From an uncultured Collinsella sp. (GTDB lineage: Bacteria > Actinomycetota > Coriobacteriia > Coriobacteriales > Coriobacteriaceae): DNA of 64,000 nucleotides. Shown in pieces: positions 9,959 to 19,314 of this stretch. Below the pieces are notes generated by a model. That model worked only from the letters and a program-made list of their open reading frames with translations. It did not search any database and had not been told where the DNA came from. A program made the position numbers and the translations under genes. Location of the stretch: positions 13,103 to 77,102 of the forward strand of contig CATZEP010000001.1 of assembly GCA_958418185.1 (NCBI GenBank), written 5' to 3'. Each line of letters begins with the position of its first letter. Within the stretch, counting starts at the first letter, position 1.

Positions 9959-10642
9959 ATGTCCGATTCGAGCGACAGTTCTAAGCCGCGACCCAAGACC
10001 GCGGCCGTTCCACACTACACGGTGGGCGAGGAGATCATGAACTCCGTCACCCATGGTGTCGGCTGCCTGCTGGGTATCGCGGGCCTGGTACTCCTGATCG
10101 TATTCGCTGCCCTGCGCGGCGGAGGCCCAGCCCACATGGCCGCGGCAATTGTCTATGGCGTCAGCATTATTCTCGAATATCTGGCCTCCACGCTCTACCA
10201 CGCGATTCAGCCCGCTCGCGCCAAGCGCGTGTTTCGCATCATCGATCACAGCTGCATCTACCTGCTCATAGCCGGCAGCTATACGCCGTTTTGCCTCATC
10301 ACGCTTGCAAATGACGGCGGCGCCGTGCTGTTCTTTGCCGTATGGGCCATCGCCATTATCGGCATCGCCCTCGAGTGCTTTATGCGCGAGCGTCAGCCGC
10401 ACTGGGTAAGCGGCTTGGTCTACCTGCTGATGGGCTGGCTTGTCGTCTTTAAACTGCCCGAGCTCGTGTCGCTGCTCAACCCCGTGGCACTTGCCCTGCT
10501 CGCCGTCGGCGGCGTGTGTTATACCGTGGGCGTGCCGTTCTATATCGCCAAAAACGTGCGCTATCTGCACAGTGTTTTCCACTTGTGGGTGCTCGCCGGC
10601 AGCATCTTCCAGTTCATGGCGGTGATCCTCTTCGTAATCTAG
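9959..10642 (+). CDS. Hemolysin III (PAQR/TrhA) family membrane protein
   Basis: EEIMNSVTHG, STLYH, DHSCIYLLIAGSYTP, HSVFHLWV. Confidence 0.92.
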   Translation: MSDSSDSSKPRPKTAAVPHYTVGEEIMNSVTHGVGCLLGIAGLVLLIVFAALRGGGPAHMAAAIVYGVSIILEYLASTLYHAIQPARAKRVFRIIDHSCIYLLIAGSYTPFCLITLANDGGAVLFFAVWAIAIIGIALECFMRERQPHWVSGLVYLLMGWLVVFKLPELVSLLNPVALALLAVGGVCYTVGVPFYIAKNVRYLHSVFHLWVLAGSIFQFMAVILFVI

Positions 10643-10750
10643 CGACCGCGCCCGCGTCCTCGTCCTCGTTTGGGCGCCGGCGCAATTGCCGTATCCGCCA
10701 CCAACGTTTTACCCTAACGTCCCGAATCTTGGAGGTTCGAGAAACTCCCG

Positions 10751-12124
10751 ATGGACATAACCATCTCCCTTATTACCACGCTCGTCCTGACGCTTATCAA
10801 CGGCTACTTCTCCATGTCCGAGATGGCTCTCACCACGGCTAAGCGCGCCGTGTTGGAGCACGATGCCGAGGAGGGCGATAAGCGCGCCGAGCGCGCCGTC
10901 CAGCTCGCCGCCGACTCCGACCAGCTGTTGGCCACCATCCAGGTCGCCATCACGCTCGTGGGCTTCGCCTCGTCCGCTGTCGCCTCGACGAGCCTGTCCG
11001 ACCCGCTTGCCACATGGCTCATGAGCTTTGGCATCGCGCCGCTTTCCGCCATCGCGCGCGGCCTGGCGCCGGTCATCATCACCGTCGCCGTCGCCTTTGT
11101 GTCCATCGTGATCGGCGAGCTCGTGCCCAAACGCATCGGCCTCGCTAACGCCGAGGGCGTATCCAAGCAGGTCGTGGGACCGCTCTCCGTGTTCCAAAAG
11201 ATCGCCCGCCCGCTCGTGTGGCTGACCGGTGCCTGCTCCGACGGCCTGGCCCGCATCCTGCGCATCAAGAGCGCCGATGACCGCCAGAACGTCTCGGAGG
11301 AAGAGATCAAGTACATGGTCTCGGAGCAGGACGACCTGCTCGACGAGGAAAAGCGCATGATCCACGAGATCTTCGACCTGGGCGACACCGTTGCCCGCGA
11401 GGTCATGGTGCCGCGCGTGGACACCACCATGTGCGAGGACGACGAGACGGTCGCCGACGTGCTGTCCACCATGCGCCAGACCGGCTTCAGCCGCATCCCC
11501 GTCTATCACGAGGACCCCGACAACGTCGCGGGCATCGCGCACATCAAGGACCTGATCCAGCCCGCGCTCGACGGCAAGGGCGACCAGCCCATCGCCGACT
11601 ATTTGCGCGACGCCGCCTTTGTGCCCGACACCAAGGACATCCTGCCGTTGCTGTCCGAGATGCAGACCTCGCACGACCAGATCGTGGTCGTCGTGGACGA
11701 GTACGGCGGCACGGCCGGCATCATCACCATCGAAGATATCGTCGAGGAGATCGTCGGCGAGATCGAGGACGAGTTCGACCCCGACAACAAGTACCTCACG
11801 CGCCTTTCGCGCCGCGAGTGGCTCGTCGATGGGCGTTTTTCGTGCGATGACGCGATTGAGCTTGGTTGGCCACTTGAGGAAAGCGATGATTATGAGACCA
11901 TCGCCGGCTGGATTTTAGAACTTTGCGACTCGGTGCCCGACATCGGAGAGGTGTTTGAGGTCGCGGGGTACAAGTTCAAGGTACAGTCGATGCGTGGCCA
12001 GCGCATCTCGCTCATTCGCGTGATCGCTCCGGCCGAAACCGATAAGAAGGATTCCGAGTCCTCGGCAGAGAAGCCGGCGGCGTCGGGTGCGGGCTCTGCG
12101 GATCCGCACGATGGCGACGAGTAG
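10751..12124 (+). CDS. CNNM/CorC-HlyC family CBS-domain transporter
   Basis: FSMSEMAL, GELVPK, VMVPR, FSRIPV, VVDEYGGTAG, EDIVEEIVGEI. Confidence 0.92.
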   Translation: MDITISLITTLVLTLINGYFSMSEMALTTAKRAVLEHDAEEGDKRAERAVQLAADSDQLLATIQVAITLVGFASSAVASTSLSDPLATWLMSFGIAPLSAIARGLAPVIITVAVAFVSIVIGELVPKRIGLANAEGVSKQVVGPLSVFQKIARPLVWLTGACSDGLARILRIKSADDRQNVSEEEIKYMVSEQDDLLDEEKRMIHEIFDLGDTVAREVMVPRVDTTMCEDDETVADVLSTMRQTGFSRIPVYHEDPDNVAGIAHIKDLIQPALDGKGDQPIADYLRDAAFVPDTKDILPLLSEMQTSHDQIVVVVDEYGGTAGIITIEDIVEEIVGEIEDEFDPDNKYLTRLSRREWLVDGRFSCDDAIELGWPLEESDDYETIAGWILELCDSVPDIGEVFEVAGYKFKVQSMRGQRISLIRVIAPAETDKKDSESSAEKPAASGAGSADPHDGDE

Positions 12125-12148
12125 GGCAAGGAAGAGTAGGGGAGAGTT

Positions 12149-12982
12149 ATGGCAGGCCTGTTCAACATCCTTAAGGTCACCGTCAGCGAGGACAAGATTT
12201 GCGCGCACGTGCTGGTGAACCCCGGCATGCCGCTCATGACCTCGGAGGATATCGAGGCCACGGCGCGCGTGTACTACCTGGTGCCCGCGATTGCCAAGCA
12301 TCTGTGCCTGGGCGATTCGGGCCGCGAGTTCCAGGACTGCATGGGCCAGACCGAGCTTTGCCACCTGCTGGAGCACGTGACAGTCGAGCTCATGAACGAG
12401 ACCGGTCTTGCCGGCAACATCTCGTGCGGCCGCACGCGCGTGAGCGAGCATGACGAGCGTGTCTTTGAGGTCGAGCTTTCGTGTCCCGATGACGCGTTGG
12501 CCATTGGCGCGCTGTCTTCGGCCACCTTTATGATGGACTGGGCGTACCTGCACGCCGACCAGCCGGCCCCCGACGTGGAAGGCACGGTCGCGGGCCTGCG
12601 CAACCTGGTGCTGGGCATGCGTGCCGAGGCCGAGGGCAAGGACCCGCACGAGGCCGTTGCCGCTGCGAACGGCGAGGACGTGGCCGAGGATGCGCCCGAG
12701 GGCGACGCTCCTGCCGATGCCGACACCGAGCCCGTTGCCGAAGCACCTGCTGAGCCCGAGTCTGCGGAGCCCCAAGGCGTCCCGAGCTTTGACGACGAGC
12801 CGCAGATGCCAATCGATACCGAGGGTGCGGTCGCCGAGAACCACGAGGCCCCCGCGGCCGTCTTTGGCGGTGCGGCAACGGCTCCGTCCGGTTCGGCGCA
12901 CGAGGGCAACCTGCCGCTCGTCGATGGCGCCGGCGAGAATCCGGCCGCCACGGTCGCCATGCCGGCTATGCCGCAGGAGTAG
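12149..12982 (+). CDS. Stand-alone cyanophycin synthetase N-terminal-like domain with acidic disordered tail
   Basis: H-x-C...HLLEHVTVEL...GRTR resembles the CphA N domain; Pro/Ala/Glu-rich C-terminus. Confidence 0.65.
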   Translation: MAGLFNILKVTVSEDKICAHVLVNPGMPLMTSEDIEATARVYYLVPAIAKHLCLGDSGREFQDCMGQTELCHLLEHVTVELMNETGLAGNISCGRTRVSEHDERVFEVELSCPDDALAIGALSSATFMMDWAYLHADQPAPDVEGTVAGLRNLVLGMRAEAEGKDPHEAVAAANGEDVAEDAPEGDAPADADTEPVAEAPAEPESAEPQGVPSFDDEPQMPIDTEGAVAENHEAPAAVFGGAATAPSGSAHEGNLPLVDGAGENPAATVAMPAMPQE

Positions 12983-13112
12983 GCTCACTCGCTTATCATC
13001 ATCATGTACCTGCGCTTTTACCGTACGCAGATGAGCGCGACGGCAAGTGTTGCGCTGCGGGTATAATGGACAGCATTCAAACGGTGGGCATCGAGGTGCC
13101 CGCAGGAGAGGA

Positions 13113-13508
13113 ATGATCATGGGAAAGACTTTCAGCTTTGTCTCCGGTGCGCTTTTTGGTGCTGCCGCCGGCGCTATCATCGGCGTTGCTCTGGCCCCGC
13201 GCTCGGGTGCCGAGACCCGCGCCATGGCCGCCGATATCGCCAACGACGCCTGGGACAACATGCGTGACACCTACGAGCACAGTGCCGAGGAGGCTCGTGC
13301 CGCGGTCAACGACTTTGGTCCGATGGTCGACGCCAAGACCGATGACCTGCGCGCCAAGGTCGACCTGGCCCGCGAGCGCATGGACCAGCTTCGCGAGCAG
13401 CTCAACGACGCCATCTCGGGCGGCAACGTGACGCCCGCTGCCGACGTCGTGGTCGAGAACGTCACCGAGGCCGGCACCGAGGCCACGGAGTCCTCGACCG
13501 AGGCATAA
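13113..13508 (+). CDS. YtxH domain protein (start 13113 or 13119)
   Basis: FVSGALFGAAAGAIIGVALAPRSGAETR. Confidence 0.85.
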   Translation: MIMGKTFSFVSGALFGAAAGAIIGVALAPRSGAETRAMAADIANDAWDNMRDTYEHSAEEARAAVNDFGPMVDAKTDDLRAKVDLARERMDQLREQLNDAISGGNVTPAADVVVENVTEAGTEATESSTEA

Positions 13509-14263
13509 TGCGCGCAGGGGATTTTGTCGGCGTCAAGGTTTATCGTAAGCCTGCCGAAGACAAGCGCACCAAAAAGGACGGCACGCCGCGCAGCCCTAAA
13601 AAGCTCGGCAAGATTCACTTTCCCGTCTTTACCCCGGGCGGCACGCGCGTGGTGGGCTTTATGGTCCGCCAGTCCGATATCGCGGGTATGATCGAGCGCC
13701 CCGACCGATTTGTGGCGCTCGATGCCATCGGCGTCTATGAGGGTGCTGTCGCGGTCGACGACGTCAGGGGCACCTACGATGCCGCCGCGGCCAAGCGCCT
13801 CGATATCAACCTGGACGATTGCATCATCTGGGTTGGCATGGACGTGCGCACGGAATCGGGCGATGTCGTGGGCTACTGCTCGGACGTTGAGTTCAAACCG
13901 CGCTCGGGCATTGTGCAGACGTTCTATGTGACCGCCAGCGCCGCATCGAGCATGTTGGTGGGCGACACGCAGGTGCCGCCGACGATGCTGCGCGGCTACG
14001 AGAACGGCGCGATGATTGTCTCGGACGAGGTCAAGGCGCTCGGGTATTCGGGCGGCGCGGCCGCCAAGGCTGCCGAGGCCAGTGTCGTGGTGGGCGATAA
14101 GGTCAAGAAGGGCGCCAAGGTGCTCGATGACAAGGGATCGGTCGCCGTGGACAAGGGCAGCCGCGCACTGGGCAAGCAGCTCGGCAAGACGCGCGGTATG
14201 TTCAAGGCCTTTAAGGACGAATATCAAAAGGCGAGCGGGGGCTCGTCAAAAGCTAGCAAATAG
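13508..14263 (+). CDS. PRC-barrel domain protein
   Basis: IWVGMDVRTESGDVVGYCSDVEF PRC-like motif; TAATG coupling to the upstream gene. Confidence 0.75.
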   Translation: MRAGDFVGVKVYRKPAEDKRTKKDGTPRSPKKLGKIHFPVFTPGGTRVVGFMVRQSDIAGMIERPDRFVALDAIGVYEGAVAVDDVRGTYDAAAAKRLDINLDDCIIWVGMDVRTESGDVVGYCSDVEFKPRSGIVQTFYVTASAASSMLVGDTQVPPTMLRGYENGAMIVSDEVKALGYSGGAAAKAAEASVVVGDKVKKGAKVLDDKGSVAVDKGSRALGKQLGKTRGMFKAFKDEYQKASGGSSKASK

Positions 14264-14335
14264 CGACGTACCAAATGATGGGAGGCGAGCCGGAGACATG
14301 TTGCTCCGGCTCGCTGTGTTTATGGGGGAGGGCAC

Positions 14336-15742
14336 ATGCGCCAAAACGGATCTAACTTAAACGGGCGCTCGGGTGCGCGTCCGACGGCGCGCCGCGACCT
14401 GGGGCAGCTGCCCAGCGGCCAGCGTCGACGTCGCCGTAAGCCCGGCGCGATGTACCTCAACCATAGCCGTGGGTTTAGCGATCGCAGCGCGCGCATCGGC
14501 AACGGGCGCTCGCCGCGTCGACCGTCCCGCCTGCCCTATGCGCTCATCGCCGTGGGTTGCGCGCTCGTGCTGTTTATCGCTGCCGTCGTGGGCTACGTCA
14601 ATCGCAGCGTGGACGTGGAGCTCAACGGGCAAAAGACCGCGGTGCGCGTGGGCTCTACGTTGCAGAATCTTATCGACGATCAAAGCCTGACCGAAACGTA
14701 CGACGCCGGCGATCTGCTGGCCGTCGACGACAGCGTGCTCAAGCGCCATGGCGGCGAAAAGCTGTCGGTGAAGGTCGACGGCAAGCGCGTGAAACAAGGC
14801 AAATGGGATAGTCGCGAGCTTACGGGTGGCGAGAAGGTGACGGTCAAGGACGGCCGCAACGTGTACGAAAAGCACGAGGTCCAGGCCACGACTATCGAGC
14901 CAAAGCTTAAGGTCGAGGGCACGGGCGCCATTGAGTATGTCAAAACCTGGGGCGTTCAGGGTCGCTCCGAGGTATGGGTCGGCGAGCAGTCGGGCAAGAC
15001 GCAGGACCGCGGCGAGGTCGTGCCCGCCACCGACTGCGTGGTCGAGTGCGCAAGCGTAGCGCCCAAGGGCAACGAAAAGTACGTGGCCCTGACATTTGAC
15101 GAGGGTCCGAGCGGCGCGACCAAGCAGATCTTGCAGGTGCTCAAGGAAAAGGGCGTCACGGCAACGTTCTTCCTTTCGGGCGATGCCGCGGAAGCCTCGC
15201 CCGCTACCGCCAAAGCGATTGTCGATGCCGGGTGCGAGGTCGGCTCCAACAGCTACAGCGATGATTCGCTCAAGGGCGAGGATTGCGAGACGGTGCGCAA
15301 GCAGATCACGAAGGGTACCGAGGCGATTAAGTCGGCGACCGGTGTCGAGACGATGTTGCTTCGCGCCCCCTACGCCGCGTTTGACGAGCAAAACTGGATC
15401 GACTCGATGGACCTGGTGTCCGCCGTGGTTTCGTGGAATATCGATTCGGGCGACTGGCTGCTCAACGGCGCCGACGAGCAAGTATCGACCGTGCTCGACT
15501 CGATGACGCCGGGCAATATTGTGCTGCTCACCGATAGCGATGAGTGCGCCGAGCAGACGCTCGAGGCGCTGCCGCAGATTATCGATGGCCTTGTCGCCGA
15601 CGGCTACAAGATCGTGACGCTCAGCGACCTGGTCAAGACGGACACGGCGTTGAGCAAAAAGCTCACCTCGCTCACCAAGGTTTCCATGCCCAAAAACGCC
15701 GTGTTCCCCCAACTCCCCGAGGACGACGACACCACAGAGTAG
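14336..15742 (+). CDS. Membrane-anchored polysaccharide deacetylase family protein (degenerate metal motif)
   Basis: VALTFDEGP, ATFF, LRAPY, WNIDSGDW; the usual H-S/T-x-x-H motif reads NSYSD and LMHD reads LLTD. Confidence 0.8.
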   Translation: MRQNGSNLNGRSGARPTARRDLGQLPSGQRRRRRKPGAMYLNHSRGFSDRSARIGNGRSPRRPSRLPYALIAVGCALVLFIAAVVGYVNRSVDVELNGQKTAVRVGSTLQNLIDDQSLTETYDAGDLLAVDDSVLKRHGGEKLSVKVDGKRVKQGKWDSRELTGGEKVTVKDGRNVYEKHEVQATTIEPKLKVEGTGAIEYVKTWGVQGRSEVWVGEQSGKTQDRGEVVPATDCVVECASVAPKGNEKYVALTFDEGPSGATKQILQVLKEKGVTATFFLSGDAAEASPATAKAIVDAGCEVGSNSYSDDSLKGEDCETVRKQITKGTEAIKSATGVETMLLRAPYAAFDEQNWIDSMDLVSAVVSWNIDSGDWLLNGADEQVSTVLDSMTPGNIVLLTDSDECAEQTLEALPQIIDGLVADGYKIVTLSDLVKTDTALSKKLTSLTKVSMPKNAVFPQLPEDDDTTE

Positions 15743-15768
15743 CCATTGGGGACATGCTTAAACGACTG
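15740..15768. repeat. REP-like palindrome family A copy
   Basis: TAGCCATTGGGGACATGCTTAAACGACTG overlapping the stop codon. Confidence 0.7.
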
Positions 15769-15939
15769 GTTGTTTAGGACGGTTTTAATCGCTTTGTCCC
15801 ACCGTGCTCATCCGGCTCTATGTCACGGATACGTCAGCGTTTGGTATGCCTGCAATGTGCAGGGCATAAATTCGGTGCCGCAGCGCGATGCTGATGCTAT
15901 AGTTACTGCGGTTAATGTGGGTCAAGAGAAAGGTTACAG

Positions 15940-15972
15940 GTGAAATCCAAACCTCGACCATACAGTCGATGA
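15940..15972 (+). CDS. Putative leader peptide (uORF) MKSKPRPYSR upstream of the MgtE-like gene
   Basis: AGAAAGG SD, 6 nt, then GTG AAA TCC AAA CCT CGA CCA TAC AGT CGA TGA; follows an extended -10 TGCTATAGT at 15895-15903. Confidence 0.45.
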   Translation: MKSKPRPYSR

Positions 15973-16116
15973 CCCCATGCAGGTGCTTTCTGCGCGTGCA
16001 CGGGGTGTGAGCGCCGAGCGGCGTGCCGCCCGCGCATGCGTATACATATCTAAAAGTCCACGGATTGCGTGCCGGCATGGTCACGCGGTCCGCAGGAATA
16101 ATGATGGGGAGCACCA

Positions 16117-17961
16117 TTGAATTATCTGAGTGAGATGCTCAAATTGCCGGTCTTGGACGTCGACGGCGAAAAGCTCGGCGTGGTTAACGATTTTGGCATT
16201 GCAACCGGCGAAGTTTTTCCGCACGTGACGTCGCTCGCGTTCCGTGGTCCCGGCAAGACGCCGTTTATGATCAGTTGGCGCAAATGGGTCGACCGTATCG
16301 ACGAGACGGGTGTACACCTTAAGACGTCGGCCACCGAAATCCGTTTTTCGTACTTGCAGCCGACCGAACTCTTGCTTGCCCGCGACGTGCTCAACAAGCA
16401 GATTGTCGACACGCAGGGCATGAAGGTCGTGCGCGTAAACGACATCAAGTTCTCTATGTCGGGCGAAAATCAGCTGCGCCTGCTGGGCGCCGAGGTCGGT
16501 GCTCGCGGTCTGCTACGCGCCATCAGCCCCACGCTCGAGCATGTCGTCGAGGGCTTTATGAAGCACTTGGGCAAGCCGCTCAGCGAGGACATTATCGCCT
16601 GGTCTTACATGGACCTGCTCGATCGCTCGACTAAGAACATCCAGCTCTCGGTGTCGCACAAGACGCTTGGCGAGCTGCATCCTGCCGACATTGCCGACAT
16701 TATCGAGCAGCTCGACCCGCGCCTGCGTGCGCAGGTGTTCGCGCAGCTCGACACCGCCCAAGCCGCCGAGGCCATCTCGGAGTTCGATGATGACGAGCTC
16801 ATGACCGAGATGCTCGAGGGCCTGTCCGATACCGACGCATCGTCGATGCTGGCCATGATGGACCCGGACGACGCTGCCGACCTGATCGACGAGCTCGATT
16901 ATGAGAAGGCCGAGAAGCTCCTGCGCCTGATGGGCGTCAAGGAGGAGAAGGCGATTCGTAATCTGTTGGGCTATGAGGACAACACCGCCGGCCGCATCAT
17001 GACCTCGGAGTTTGTCTCCCTGCCCGCCACGGCGACGGTCGGCGATGCCATCGAGGCGATTCGCAAACTCGACGAGGACTTTGAGAGCGTCTACTACGTC
17101 TATACCGAGGACCCGAGCGGCATGCTGACGGGCGTGCTTTCGCTGCGCACGCTGATCGTGGCCGACCGCGACGCCACGCTGGGCCAGCTCGCCTATCGCG
17201 ATCTGGTCTACGTGTCGCCCGACGAGGATCAGGAAGACGTGACGGACGAGATGACCAAGTACGACCTGGTTGCCATCCCTGTCTGCGACGAGAACCGTCA
17301 TATCCTGGGTATCGTGACCTTCGACGACGCCATGGACGTTATCGCCGAGGAGCATCAGGAGGACCTGCAGATCGCCGGTGTCGGCTCGGGCGATAGCGCG
17401 TCGGACGACTCGACGAACGTGCTCAGCTGGTTCGTGCATCGTCAGTACTGGGTCGTCGTGTGGGGCATCGCCTCGTGCATTATGGCGACCGTGCTGGGGA
17501 CGGCGCTGCGCTCCGCGCATCTGGTGGTGTTCCCCATGTGCGCCATGCCGCTCGTGCTGCTGGCTGCCTCGCGCATGGTGTCGTTCGTCAAGAACTACTT
17601 CCTCGAGTACGACGGTCACGACGACGAGCCCAAACCGTACCTGGGATTCTTCTTCCAGAGCACGGGTATGGGCCTGATCCTTTCGCTTGTTACTTACCTG
17701 TGCGCGCAGCTGGTGCGCACCGCCGCGTTCCCCGATGCCACCATGTTTGAGGAGCAGCTCTTTACCGGCTGCTTTAATATCGCTGCCGTCATTTGCCTGG
17801 TTGGCAACATGAGCGCTGTGATTTATCTGATGGTGCTGTTCTGGCGCGACGAGCACGACCTTAACACGTCGGGCACCGCCATGAACGTCATCGCCGTCAT
17901 GATTTCGTGTGTGGCGTACTGCATCGCCGCGGTGCTGCTCACCATGTCGGTCATGGGGTAG
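16117..17961 (+). CDS. MgtE-like protein: PRC-barrels, MgtE-N, CBS pair and a divergent TM domain
   Basis: TTG start; LHPADIADIIE, MDPDDAADL, Y..NTAGRIMT, YDLVAIPV, GIVTFDDAMD. Confidence 0.85.
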   Translation: MNYLSEMLKLPVLDVDGEKLGVVNDFGIATGEVFPHVTSLAFRGPGKTPFMISWRKWVDRIDETGVHLKTSATEIRFSYLQPTELLLARDVLNKQIVDTQGMKVVRVNDIKFSMSGENQLRLLGAEVGARGLLRAISPTLEHVVEGFMKHLGKPLSEDIIAWSYMDLLDRSTKNIQLSVSHKTLGELHPADIADIIEQLDPRLRAQVFAQLDTAQAAEAISEFDDDELMTEMLEGLSDTDASSMLAMMDPDDAADLIDELDYEKAEKLLRLMGVKEEKAIRNLLGYEDNTAGRIMTSEFVSLPATATVGDAIEAIRKLDEDFESVYYVYTEDPSGMLTGVLSLRTLIVADRDATLGQLAYRDLVYVSPDEDQEDVTDEMTKYDLVAIPVCDENRHILGIVTFDDAMDVIAEEHQEDLQIAGVGSGDSASDDSTNVLSWFVHRQYWVVVWGIASCIMATVLGTALRSAHLVVFPMCAMPLVLLAASRMVSFVKNYFLEYDGHDDEPKPYLGFFFQSTGMGLILSLVTYLCAQLVRTAAFPDATMFEEQLFTGCFNIAAVICLVGNMSAVIYLMVLFWRDEHDLNTSGTAMNVIAVMISCVAYCIAAVLLTMSVMG

Positions 17962-17969
17962 GTGGTCGC

Positions 17970-19232
17970 GTGCAAAACACGAAGCAAAAGGCGAGCACCA
18001 AGCAAAAGCTGACCATCGCGGCCATCTTTGGCGCCATGGGCCCCGGTCTTCTGGCGGCGCTTTCGGGCAATGACGCCGGCGGCATCGCCACGTATTCCAG
18101 CGCGGGCGCCAGCTATGGCTATAAGATGCTCTGGATGCTTCCCGTCATGACCGTGCTGCTTATCGTGACGCAGGAGACCGCGGCGCGCTGCGGATGCGTC
18201 ACGGGTAAGGGCCTGGCCTCGCTCATCCGTGAGCGCTTTGGCGTGCGCAGGAGCGTGCTGGCCATGGCGGCGCTGCTGATCGCCAACACGGCCGTTACCA
18301 TTTCGGAGTTCGCGGGCATCGCGAGTGGCCTTGCTCTGTTTGGCGTTCCGGCGAGCATCTCGGTGCCGCTCGTGGCGCTGCTGGTGTGGATGCTTACCAT
18401 GTCGGGCAGCTTCCAGCGCATCGAGAAGATTTTGCTGCTGGTAAGCTGCGTGTTCGTGACCTACATCGTCGCCGCGTTTATGGCCGGCCCCAACTGGGGC
18501 GAGGTCGCGGTCGACTTGGTCGTCCCCAATATTCAGAACGATCCCAGTTACGTGTCGCTTGTGGTCGCAACAATCGGTACCACCATCGCACCGTGGATGA
18601 TCTTCTTGGCTCAGAACAACGTGGTCGATAAGAATGCGGGCGAGGACGACATCGTGCTGCAGCGTATTGATACCGTGAGCGGCTCGATCGCCGCTGATAT
18701 CATTGCTGGCTTCATTATCATCACGACCGGTACGGTGCTGTTCCCGGCTGGTATTCAGATTAGCGATGCCGCCGATGCCGCCCGCGCGCTGGAGCCCATC
18801 GCGGGCCAGTGGTCCACGGTGTTGTTCGCCTCGGGCCTGGTCGCAGCGAGCTTTTTGGCTGCCTGCGTGCTGCCCGGCGTTACGTCGAGTGCCATCTGCG
18901 AGGCATTTGGCTGGGAGCGCGGTGCCGATCGCAGCTGGGACGAGGCCCCGGTTTACCGCGGCATCATTACGGCCATCATCGGCATTTCTGCCGTGTTGGT
19001 GCTCATGCCTGGCGTCGATTTGTTCCAGATTATGATGACCTCGCAGGTCATCAACGGCGTGCTGCTGCCCGTAGTCCTGGTATTTCAGGTGGTTATCGCG
19101 GCGGATCGCCACATTATGGGCGCCAACCGCAACGGCCGCGTATGGAACGTGCTCACTTGGGCGACTATCGGCGTGATTACGGTGCTGACGGTCGTCATGT
19201 TTGTGCTGCAAGCGATGGGCTACGGCGCGTAG
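17970..19232 (+). CDS. Nramp-related divalent cation transporter (NrmT-like, probably Mg2+)
   Basis: MGPGLL..LSGNDAGGIATYS (DAGG replaces DPGN), TGKGL..LIRERFG, GTTIAPWMIF. Confidence 0.85.
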   Translation: MQNTKQKASTKQKLTIAAIFGAMGPGLLAALSGNDAGGIATYSSAGASYGYKMLWMLPVMTVLLIVTQETAARCGCVTGKGLASLIRERFGVRRSVLAMAALLIANTAVTISEFAGIASGLALFGVPASISVPLVALLVWMLTMSGSFQRIEKILLLVSCVFVTYIVAAFMAGPNWGEVAVDLVVPNIQNDPSYVSLVVATIGTTIAPWMIFLAQNNVVDKNAGEDDIVLQRIDTVSGSIAADIIAGFIIITTGTVLFPAGIQISDAADAARALEPIAGQWSTVLFASGLVAASFLAACVLPGVTSSAICEAFGWERGADRSWDEAPVYRGIITAIIGISAVLVLMPGVDLFQIMMTSQVINGVLLPVVLVFQVVIAADRHIMGANRNGRVWNVLTWATIGVITVLTVVMFVLQAMGYGA

Positions 19233-19250
19233 CGCCCACTTTTGCTTCCG

Positions 19251-19285
19251 AACAGGCCGCAGCGATGGGCTGCGGCCTGTTTTTT
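19251..19285 (+). terminator. Intrinsic terminator
   Basis: AACAGGCCGCAGC-gatgg-GCTGCGGCCTGTTTTTT. Confidence 0.9.
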
Positions 19286-19314
19286 GTCTGCTATAGGGCG
19301 TTAGTTATATGGCG

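Noticed and set aside
9959..12124. Two adjacent 'hemolysin' genes as a virulence locus
   Set aside because: PAQR/TrhA and CorC/CNNM are housekeeping membrane and Mg-homeostasis families; the names are historical
15900..16116. M-box (ykoK) riboswitch upstream of the MgtE-like gene
   Set aside because: Expected from context, but I cannot find the conserved M-box segments; an Infernal search would settle it
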